DNA of 64,000 nt from positions 1 through 64,000 of the forward strand of contig NIVC01003268.1 of assembly GCA_002269645.1 (NCBI GenBank). The letters are read 5' to 3'. The notes under the pieces are model-generated. The model was given only the letters and a program-made list of their open reading frames with translations, made no database searches and had not been told where the DNA came from. Of the stretch, positions 11,711-20,992 are shown piece after piece. The translations under genes were made by a program, and so were the position numbers. This DNA comes from Macrostomum lignano. Taxonomy: Eukaryota. Within the stretch, counting starts at the first letter, position 1; each line of letters begins with the position of its first letter.

Positions 11711-11980
11711 TTAACGCAATTGCTTAATGATTTCTGCAAAGTTATAGTAGCTGTCGTAATCTTTTACATAGGTTACTCCATACTTATGAAACCAGTGTCT
11801 TTGGAGAGCTAGATTAATATTAGGGACATTGATATGAACGTCGGGCCAATATTTTTTCATGTATTCGCTGCATTCAAGTTTGCATCGGTACTTGGATTTG
11901 TACAATGGATGAGGCTGAGTATAATAAGAACCTGGAGAGACAACTGGAAACATTTTTAGAGAAAATTTAGATTTTTTCAA
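11711..11980 (-). CDS. Hypothetical 89-aa protein, accessory block
   Basis: ATG-initiated Tyr/Lys-rich ORF, co-oriented with neighbouring accessory genes; no motif recognised. Confidence 0.35.
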   Translation of the reverse strand: MKKSKFSLKMFPVVSPGSYYTQPHPLYKSKYRCKLECSEYMKKYWPDVHINVPNINLALQRHWFHKYGVTYVKDYDSYYNFAEIIKQLR

Positions 11981-12505
11981 AGGGTAAGGACCCTGCGCTG
12001 ATGCTTTAAAGTCTTAGGGATCTGGTCTCGCGTTGCAAATTGAATGTGGGGAGAAGAATGCAGATTATTTTCTGATTGTCTCGAAGATGCTATGGGTGGA
12101 TTTGGAGCTGTTATGCTCAGAGCATAAACCCTCAGAGCATAACAGTAGGACACCTGTTATGCTCTGATTCTGTCAGAGATAATATGGATGGATTTAATGG
12201 GATTATGGAGGACGTTTTGTGAGCGAGTGCGACCCCCCTTTTTTTCTGATTCTGTCAGGGATAATATGGATGGATTTAATGGGATTATGGAGGACGTGAA
12301 AAATTTTGTCCCAGAAGCCCCCTCATGCCTTCTACTAAAAAAGAACGAACGCGCTTTGATGGCATGGCCAACAAGTAGGGAATTCCCAACTTGTTCCTTG
12401 ATGCTGGTCAAGGAATAATCGAATAATCAAGGGCCAACTGTTTTATTAAATCACATTTCAGATTGTCTTCATGTAGCAATTAAGGCGAGTCAAAACGCGA
12501 GTCAC

Positions 12506-13185
12506 TCAGCCAGAAGGATTAATAATCTTGCAAACTGTGTCCACAACATCCTCAAGAGTAGTCTCTGGCAGCACTCGGATCTTGTGCACAGTTTTGAAAA
12601 GAGCAAACTGTGCATGCAGCTCCTCCCGTAGTTGTTCAAGATAACTCAGTGTAATGTGCTGCTCCCCACCTCGGTTTCGCTGTTGAATGCGCTCCAGTGC
12701 AAGCTCGGGTGTGATGTCCAGATAGATTAGTGTGGCATCAGATTGAAAGCAGTTGGTAAACATTTCATACAACCGAATCATCAGATTCAGTTCAAAGTTA
12801 GTCAACCGATCCTGTTTGTACAACAGATTTGAAAAGGCAATTCCGGATCGTAGGTGTCGGTCCATTACTATCAGATCAATCGGCTGGCGGCCCTCCTTCA
12901 CCTCGTTTGTCGCAAATTGAACTGCGGCCATGTCGCGTCCCATCAGCTCTTGGTACACCAACGTTTGAAAAGCAAATGCTGACAGTTCACCAGAATAAAA
13001 CTTCTCCAGGGCGCCGCAAAAAGGACCCTCGCTGCGGCAAAAATTTGCACCGGCAGAAAATGAGCACGCTTCCTCCAGTTGTCTAGTCTTGATCGTAGTG
13101 CCAAATTATGCAGTACGGTGGATTTGCCCGCTCCCAACAGTCCTTCAAGGATGAAGACGCTCGGTGCAAAAACGATATTTGCCAT
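12506..13185 (-). pseudogene. Deoxynucleoside kinase (dNK family), one frameshift
   Basis: P-loop ILEGLLGAGKST. After a frameshift near 13100 the frame reads ALEKFYSGELSAFAFQTLVY, then IVMDRHLRSGIAF, LIYLDITPELALERIQQRNRGGE (lid) and YLEQLREELH. Confidence 0.88.
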
Positions 13186-13194
13186 TTCAGATTA

Positions 13195-13767
13195 CTAGTT
13201 GTTGGATATAGGATCGATTGACTGCAAGATATTATGCGTTGAATTAGGAATCGAAAGCTTTAAGTATGTTTCAATACATGATAAAATAGAGGAGAGTTCT
13301 TGGGCATTTGCTGGGCCCATTATGACCAGCTTTTTTGAACAAAACAAATTTGCAAACAAACGTTTATTCCAGCTGCAGCGCAATCGCACGGCTTGAGGAA
13401 AAGTTTCTGCATCGTAGCTCACAGTGAAACCAATGAAACATCCAATTCTTAATTTTAGCATAAAAAATCTGTCTGTTGCGCTATAAAATTCATATTCACC
13501 AACATATGTTGAGGTTTGAATACGTATTGAATTAAAATCCAGCTTAAAAACAGAATTGTGAATTGCCAGGAGTGTGGATATTAATTTGAGATTTGATGCA
13601 CATCGAAAAATTGTAATTTTTCCACCAGGATAGATTTGCATAGTATAGCCAGCACTCGTAGCAACTCTCAGCATAGAGGGTCGTCCAAAATAGAGTTTGC
13701 AATTGAATCCGCTTTTTAGCAGTTTTAGCTGAAGCTGAAATAAATCTAGTCCATCGGAACCGCTCAA
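13195..13767 (-). CDS. Divergent TATA-binding-protein (TBP)-fold protein; true 5' end probably near 13865 and frameshifted
   Basis: Two TBP half-repeats: LDL..., TMQIYPGGKITI (cf. ALIFSSGKMVC), IRIQTST (cf. FKIQNMV), VSYDAETFPQAV (cf. SSYEPELFPGL), ANLFCSKKLVIMG (cf. LLIFVSGKVVLTG). Confidence 0.78.
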   Translation of the reverse strand: MSGSDGLDLFQLQLKLLKSGFNCKLYFGRPSMLRVATSAGYTMQIYPGGKITIFRCASNLKLISTLLAIHNSVFKLDFNSIRIQTSTYVGEYEFYSATDRFFMLKLRIGCFIGFTVSYDAETFPQAVRLRCSWNKRLFANLFCSKKLVIMGPANAQELSSILSCIETYLKLSIPNSTHNILQSIDPISNN

Positions 13768-13917
13768 ATCCAGTTGTGCGCTCCCGACACTCTGAACAAT
13801 TCTCTGAAAATTTCAAACCAGAAATAAGTCTGAATAAGTCGTGGTAAGACAAAGAACTTGGTCATCAGTTTATTATAATAATAATAAGTCGGGTAGTTAG
13901 CAAAAGCGCTATTGCAG

Positions 13918-14283
13918 TCAGGCTAAATGTCTCGCGGATAGCAGTAGGTAGGCAGGCGAATTGCTAAAGATAAGCACTAAGGCGAGTAAACCAGCCTTGC
14001 AGTCTAAAAGCCAAGCAGCAGATTGACGAGAAGAAAAGCGATGTAAACGACGTAGAGCATCTAATGAAAATAACAATTTGCGTTTAAAAGGATAGGCTAG
14101 AAAACCCGAGCTATATGCTTTAAAACATGTGAGGAAGTTGAATCCAAGGCGAGCCGATCTATTTAAATGTTTACGAATATTCAGGTGCTCGTCCTTGCTA
14201 CTAAAAATTTGCCAGAAATAGTTAAAGTTTATGATAGTGCGAGACGTCAGACATGCTGAAAAAGTCCCTCGCAGCAATGACAC
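13918..14283 (-). CDS. Hypothetical 121-aa protein, accessory block
   Basis: ATG-initiated ORF tightly packed between neighbours; no motif recognised. Confidence 0.3.
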   Translation of the reverse strand: MSLLRGTFSACLTSRTIINFNYFWQIFSSKDEHLNIRKHLNRSARLGFNFLTCFKAYSSGFLAYPFKRKLLFSLDALRRLHRFSSRQSAAWLLDCKAGLLALVLIFSNSPAYLLLSARHLA

Positions 14284-14293
14284 CAGTTGGAGC

Positions 14294-15473
14294 TTAAGCG
14301 AACAGACTGCAATCCGAATCGGAGGATCTGTTGCTCGAGGCTTCAGCTCCAGCTAGCTGCTTGGCATACGAGAGATCCTTAGAGGCGACTCGCTTTCCCG
14401 GCTGAACCGTAGGCGAACTTACGAGCTTCTTGACTGCCGGTACTTCAGCCCAGTCGGGATCGCTTGCTGGTCCACCTTTGCAAGCAGGCTGGTTCTTAGG
14501 AGCGCTCGCGGCAGGCCTTGGACGTTTCGAATTCTTGCTTGGTGGCGGCGGTGGTGATGAGGTTCTCCTCTTCTTCTTCGGCGTGGTGCTGCTCTCACTT
14601 CGATTCTTGCCGGTGGCAGTGAGAAGACTTGGAGTAGGCAAACTTGAAATTTTCTCCTCGTTGCTGTGTTCATGCACAATCCGATACTCGGACAGAGGTC
14701 CCTGCAGGTTCCCTATCAGGCCGGTAGTGTTTCCATCAGACAGCCACACCAGAGATCGGATGCAGGCGGCAAGTCGCCAGGCTGGTGCCCCCTTCGGAAG
14801 GTAGAGCGAAGTGATTTGCACCGTGATCTGGTAGAGTCCGCTTCGCTCGCTGAAGTCTCGGGCGAAACCTCTTGGATTGTGCGGCTGCCCTCGTTGGTGG
14901 AGAATGTTGTGCATGGATAGTTGGGCTTGATGCCGATCCAGGTAATTGGGTTGGCACCGCTCGCGTCAGGACTCTTAGTGAGTCTAATGAGCCCCATTCG
15001 GTCAGATTGCTGGTGAAGTGCCTTCTCGATCGACTTCTCGATCGCTCTGGAAAGAATATGACAGATAGCAACGTAAGAAAATTGCAGTAAACTTTAATTT
15101 CTAACCTGGGATGCGGTTCACAAACCAAAGAATAGGATTGTATTTACCTCAAAGTTGAAACCAGCTGAGGGCAAATGCCCTTGGCTTGAAAACCAAGTGC
15201 GATAGCTTCTCGTCCTTCGTTGACCGAGTGTTCTGTGCCCGCACCGCTGTCTGTTCGGTGCAAACCGCGAAAGAGTAGAATCGGCTGTTGAGACTGCAGT
15301 AGAATCGGTAGTTTCTCGTGCTTGTCGCCCACCGGAGTCCAAGAGAGAGCGCGGAACTGACAGTTGTTGGCAAACTTGGGCGAAGAAGCTGGCTCGACAT
15401 GGATTGTAGGCCGCGTCTCGGGTGAAACAAACTGCTGTGCGCTTAAGACTTCTTCTTTAGCGAAAAACGCCAT
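14294..15473 (-). pseudogene. Degraded gene of about 390 codons, possibly OB-fold ssDNA-binding protein with a basic NLS-bearing tail
   Basis: ORFs 15144-15473 and 14736-15128 share a frame, separated by one TAA; two further frameshifts link to 14294-14914. Tail contains PKKKRR. Confidence 0.35.
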
Positions 15474-15528
15474 GATGGTCGGTTAGTCTCCCTCGGTCTG
15501 CTCCGGAAGATTCTAAAACACCACTTCC

Positions 15529-15535
15529 TTATATA
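15529..15535 (-). promoter_or_regulatory. Candidate TATA box heading the accessory cassette
   Basis: TATATAA on the minus strand about 55 bp upstream of ATG 15473. Confidence 0.4.
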
Positions 15536-15636
15536 CTGTTTTTTGAAAAGGTTTCCGGATAGTTCACCCAAATCGTCTGAATTCTTTACTTCTCCCGAAA
15601 CGCTTTTAAGCCATATCAAGCTGTAAGTTCAAACAT

Positions 15637-15810
15637 CCTGACCTTTTGATTGAACATTGCGTTCTGGGGCTTGCTTTCCCTGACATTTCGATCTGGAGCG
15701 ATTTGTGGCCAGCTGTTTCACTTAAAAGTTGTCAGTTTTATCTTCCTGACCTTTTGATTGGACATTGTGTTCTGTGGCATGCTTTACCTGGAATTTCGAT
15801 TTGGAACGAT
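15637..15810. repeat. Subterminal imperfect direct repeat (period 108 bp), probably within the right terminal inverted repeat
   Basis: CCTGACCTTTTGATTG(A/G)ACATTG... begins at 15637 and 15745. Confidence 0.8.
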
Positions 15811-16056
15811 TTGGAGGCAATTTATCTTTACGAACAGTTGTTTTAGAAATTTAACAACTAGCGTCGGCGGCGAGGGAAAGAAAAACTGGAGGTCTGCGCT
15901 TTGTGGAAGAGAGGAAAATTGCGCCCCAGTTGCTATCGGGAGAGGGTTGAAAATTTGTCCGAAGTTTCGGCTATCTCCCATGTATATTGCCCATGTACCA
16001 ACCATACATTTTTCGTATTTAAAAAAACCCTCCGTGTCCGATTTTTATCTACTACT

Positions 16057-16310
16057 CTGGCCCACTTTTCAACAGGATCTCGCCAACTGCTCCCTTGATG
16101 ACCAACAAGCTCTCGTAACTGTTGCTTCTGGACAGCTTGGCTTCATTTGAATGGTGAGCAGGCAGCGAGCTGAGCAGATCTCAGCTGAGTAATCCAAGTT
16201 CTGCTAGTCTTCAATGACGGGCAGCTCCTCCGCCGCAACGAAGCGGCCATCAGAGCCAGTCTTCACCAGGCACTCCGGCATGACCGTCCTACACAAGCAT
16301 CTGAGACTTT
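16057..16310 (-). mobile_element. Ty3/gypsy relic A (protease C-terminus to start of RT)
   Basis: Near-identical to 58600-58860 and homologous to 48350-48740. Confidence 0.85.
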
Positions 16311-17129
16311 TGTTTATTTTATTTTATTTTATTGTATTTTAGTATAGTTTATTAGTTTAGTTTAGTATAGTATAGTATAGTATAGTTTAATTTAGTTTAG
16401 TTTAGTTTAGTTTAGTTTAGTTTAGTATAGTAATAGTTTAGTTTAGTTTAGTTTAGTTAAGTTAAGTATAGTTTATTTTAGTTTAGTTTAGTTTAGTTTA
16501 GTTTAGTTTAGTTTAGTATACTATAGTTTATTTTATTTTAGTAAGGTATAGTTTAGTTTAGTTTAGTTTAGTATAGTATAGTATAGTTTAGTTTAGTTTA
16601 GTTTAGTTTAGTTTAGTTTAGTTTAGTATAGTTTAGTTTAGTTTAGTTTAGTATACTATAGTTTATTTTATTTTAGTAAGGTATAGTTTAGTTTAGTTTA
16701 GTTTAGTATAGTATAGTATAGTTTAGTTTAGTTTAGTTTAGTATAGTATAGTTTAGTTTAGTTTAGTTTAGTTTAGTTTAGTTTAGTATAGTATAGTTTA
16801 GTTTAGTTTAATTTAGTTTAGTTTAGTTTAGTTTAGTTTAGTTTAGTTTAGTTTAGTTTAGTTTAGTATACTATAGTTTATTTTATTTTAGTAAGGTATA
16901 GTTTAGTTTAGTTTAGTTTAGTATAGTATAGTATAGTTTAGTTTAGTTTAGTTTAGTTTAGTTTAGTTTAGTTTAGTATAGTATAGTTTAGTTTAGTTTA
17001 GTTTAGTTTAGTTTAGTTTAGTTTAGTATAGTATAGTTTAGTTTAGTTTAATTTAGTTTAGTTTAGTTAAGTTTAGTTTAGTTTAGTTTAGTATACTATA
17101 GTTTAGTTTAGTTAAGTTTAGTATAGTAT
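16311..17129. repeat. (TTTAG)n/(TATAG)n pentamer microsatellite with recurring variant blocks
   Basis: Direct inspection; the block GTATACTATAGTTTATTTTATTTTAGTAAGG recurs three times. Confidence 0.97.
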
Positions 17130-17226
17130 TGACTTAAACTTGACTCAGCTGCAGGGCTTTCCCGGGGGGACACAGCGGGAAGGCGCGAGCGCCCATTCCG
17201 CTAATCCCTGAACGGCCGACGCGTCG

Positions 17227-20200
17227 CTATGGACGAAGGGTTGGCGCCGCCCAGGGAGGTCCCCCAGTGTCGCCAGCAGCTATGGTGCTCTTTGGAAAGG
17301 AGAGTTCAGCCCTGCGGGTGGCCCGGAGGTAGCGCATGAGCTGGTTAAAGTTTTCGGGTTTGCACGCTTCAGTAATAGATGTGTGTGGCCCGAGGTAAGT
17401 GAGTCTGGCTCGCGTAAAGGCGGGACAGATGCTGACGAAATGCTCAGCGGTTTCGTCACCTGAGTTACAGAAACTGCAGATGGCGTTGGTGGCGTTGCCC
17501 TGCAGGTACTGGTGCCTAGAGAAGCAGCCGTGACCTGAGAGGGTCATGGTGGTAGCCTGGATGTCTCTGCGTGAGAGGCACAAGAGGAGCTTCCGGAGCT
17601 GGTGAGAGGGTTGAGGGACAGCGCCTCTGGATTGCCTGCAGTTCGTGCGGTTCGCCCAAGTCGAGCGGTGCTGAGTCCTGATCCACGCTTTGATGCGCGA
17701 GTCGATGACACAGCCAGGAATCGGGACAAGGGGTTCGGGACCGAGAGAGGAGCCGGAGGCGCCAACTTTCGCAAGGGCGTCAGCCAACTCATTCCCTCGG
17801 ATCCCCACATGCCCGGAACCCACTTGAGGGTGATTTTGTTGGTGGAGCCCAACATGTTGAGGAGTTTGATACAGTCGAGGACTTTAGCAGAATTGGTGCT
17901 GCAGCCGCTGATGGCGTGCAAGGCAGCTTGGCTGTCCGAATGGAAAGTGATGTTGTTACCGGTAACGCCAGTGGCGAGGAGCTCTGCGGTGCAGGAGCTG
18001 ATGGCAAGAACTTCATTTTGGAAGACACTAGAGTTGACCCCAGTGTACTGAGCTTGGGTTGCGATAACCCTCCCGTTCAGGAAGATTCCAACACCAAAAC
18101 CGGTGTTGTCTGACTGCTTAGAACCATCGGTGTAGCAGTGAAGCTCACCAGGGTTCCAGTGGTCATAGAGAGTATCTCGCGAGTCGATAGCTACGGAGTA
18201 GCGTTGTCTCAGGTTGAGCGTTGAGGCAATGCCATCGGTGAAGACCCGATTGGCCTGACACTCGTTGAGGATGTTGATGCACAGGTCGCTATGCGGGACG
18301 AGGTTCCGCTTAGCAAGTGCCCTCATGTAAAGGAATTTGACACCGGCATAAAGTAAACGCCCGGTCGTTCTAGCCGCCTCACCCCTGACGAAGAGGTCAA
18401 GAGGCGGTAGATTAAGGAAGGCCCCATGCCGGCAAAAGGCGTGGACCTGGTGGCGTTGCAGATAAGCCTACACGCTCTGCCCTGGATCGTGTTGAGCAAA
18501 TCTGCCTGGTTAGCGCTAACCCAGACAACCGAGGCGTACGTCATGGCAGGTCTAACTACGGAAGTGTAGATCCACCAAAGCCGTTTTGGGGATAGACCCC
18601 AAAAAGTGTCAAATGCTCGACGGAGCTGGGCCAGGATGGCTGAGGCACGCTAGGCTTTTGCTTTCACGTGGAAGGACCAGTTGAGCCGGTGGTCAAGTAT
18701 GACCCCGAGACATCTGGTCTGGTGCGCGAAGGCAATATCTCTGCCGTAAAGCTGCAGAGGTCGTATGTTCCAGCGTATTCTGCTGGTGAACATAATGGCA
18801 ACAGTTTTGGGCTCAAAGAGTTCCAGACCGTTGTTATTGGCCCAGGATTCTGCTTCGCGGATAAAGCTCCGCATCAGATCCCTGAGCGTGCTGGAGGACG
18901 GCCCAGCCACAATGGCAGTGACATCGTCAGCATACCCGACTTTGAAGACGGGATCAGGTCAGGAGTCACCCAGAAGAGCGTCCATGACCAGGTTCCAGAG
19001 CGTCGGGGTGAGGACTCCGCCTTGGGGTCCACCCTTACAGACTCTGGCGGAGGCAGTTTGCCCAAGAAGTTGGGCAGTGACCGTACGGTTGGAGATCATG
19101 TACATGATCCACCGTATGAGGGTAGCGTGAGCTTTGCGATTTTGAAGGGCCCTTTGAAACGCTTCAAAGATAACGTTGTCGAAGGCGCCAACAATGTCGA
19201 GAAAAAGAGCCAGGGCGTTACCGTCACCCAGTACCGCCCGTTCAATCTTCTCGACTATCGCATGCAGGGCGCTGTCAGTCGACCTCCCGGTACGGAAGGC
19301 GTGCTGATTATTGCTGAGAGGCATTGCTGTCAGCTCGCAAGAGAGCAGCCGCCAGAGAATAAGCCTCTCAGTGAGCTTAAGCATTGCTGACGTTAAGCTA
19401 ATTGGCCTAAAGGCCTTGACGCTCTGGTAGTCACCCTTCCCAGGTTTGGGAATAAAGACTACCCGAGCTTCAGTCCAGCATTTGGGAACGTATCCCAGCT
19501 GGATAGAGGCCCGCATAAGATTGCGGGTGAGTCTCAGGAACGAGGGTATCTTGGCTGCTTCACGAAGGAGAACAGGGTAGATACCATCAGGTCCAGGAGA
19601 TTTGAAGGGTTTGAAGGTTCTGACCGCACGAGCGATTAGGTCTTCAGTGACAATGCCCGCCGCTAGGGTGGCTCCATCCATCGAATGGTTGGGCTCCGGT
19701 CTAGCAGTAGGTACCCTCGGGAAGAATGTGCTGAGCATATGCTGAAGCACTTCTTCAGGGTCTTTAGTAAGAGAGCCATCATCTTTTTTGATCATGGCTA
19801 ATTTGAACATTTTGTCCATTGTAAGGGCCTTGACAAGCCTGGAAGTAGGTCTGTCTTGATCCAATTCATTGCAGAATTGGCGCCACTTACATTCCTTGGC
19901 CTTGCGCACTTCAGATTTGAAATTGCGGGAGGCTTGCCGGAAAAGCTCCATGTCCTCCGGGTTTCCGGTCTTCATGGCACGGCGGTGAAGGCTTTTGGCC
20001 TTCCGCCTGAGTTTCCCCAGCTCCGGGTTTCATTACGGCGCCGAGGTCTTGCCTTTGTAGGCACGGACAGGGCAGGCCGCCTCATAGGCTGCAATAATGC
20101 AACCTGTCAGCGTCTCAGCCGCATGGTCCACATCCTCGCAGGTCTCAATCGGACGTAAGTCCGTGAGTTCCTGCAGGTGCAGATCAAGGGTAGCCTTATA

Positions 20201-20953
20201 GGCCGCCCAATCTGTGTTGCGGATGTTACGCCTCCAAGTAATCGAGGACTGGGGTTTAGTGTCCGCGATATTAAAGGCGATAAAGCAGTGGTCAGACAGG
20301 GAGGGCTCCTCAGACCAGACTCTCCACTCCTCAACTCTGTCAAAGAGTCTTGGGGTAACGAGTGTGGCGTCAAGGACCTCAGTCCATCTGCCATTGTTAA
20401 AGGTAGGAGTGCTACCGCGGTTGCAGAGCATGAGGTTTGTGTTAGAGATAAGGGCCAGAAGCTCCTCCCCTCTAGTATTTGTGTCTTTGCTGCCCCAGTG
20501 CTTGTGGTGCGCGTTGAGGTCGCCCCCTAAGCACAGCTCAGCGTTCTGGGACTCGCAGTACTGCGCAAGGCGCAGTAAACTCTCGGGAGCAGGGTCTCTG
20601 TCGCCTGGGATGTAAACCGAGGCAACAAGACACGTACGCGGAGAGAAATGATTAGATTGGATGACGCAAAGATCTCCAGCAGAGAGATCAGTCCTCAGCC
20701 AAGCCTGGAGATGGCTAGCAGCGAGGATAGCCGCTCTAGGGCGGCTGTTCCCCGGGCCACACACATAAAAATCAGAGTAGCCAGAGGGAATGTTGGGCAA
20801 CTTACCGTTGCGCATCCAGGGTTCTTGGATCAGGATAAGGCCTGGCCTGTACAGCTCAGCAATCTTCATCAGATTTACTGACGCAGATACGCAATGCTGT
20901 AAATTTATTTGCAGACAGAATGTCGCTCCTTTGGCAGCGTGGAGCTTAGTCAT
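17227..20953 (-). pseudogene. LINE ORF2: AP endonuclease, reverse transcriptase, RNase H, zinc motif; several frameshifts
   Basis: QINLQHC, LIQEPW, GDLNAHH, LDATL, SDHCFI (APE); KSPGPDG, FRPISL, QHAF, FLDIVGAFD, GGPQGGVL, GYADD near 18925 (RT); CYTDGSK, QNEVLAI, FHSDSQA, GNELADALA (RNase H). Confidence 0.95.
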
Positions 20954-20992
20954 ACTGTATTAAATGCAATATCTGGCTAGAGCCCAGGGCCA

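Larger units (their letters stand above)
1..16056. mobile_element. Polinton/Maverick (adintovirus-like) endogenous DNA virus, right-hand part; left end outside the window
   Basis: Full hallmark gene set (MCP, A32-like ATPase, adenain protease, pPolB, DDE integrase, PLA2). Ends in CTACTACT (16049-16056), the reverse complement of the AGTAGTAG Polinton terminus, directly abutting unrelated gypsy sequence. Confidence 0.93.

Noticed and set aside
16311-17129. Telomere or interstitial telomeric repeat
   Set aside because: Motif is TTTAG/TATAG, not TTAGGG or TTAGG, and it sits at a fixed site in gypsy relics.
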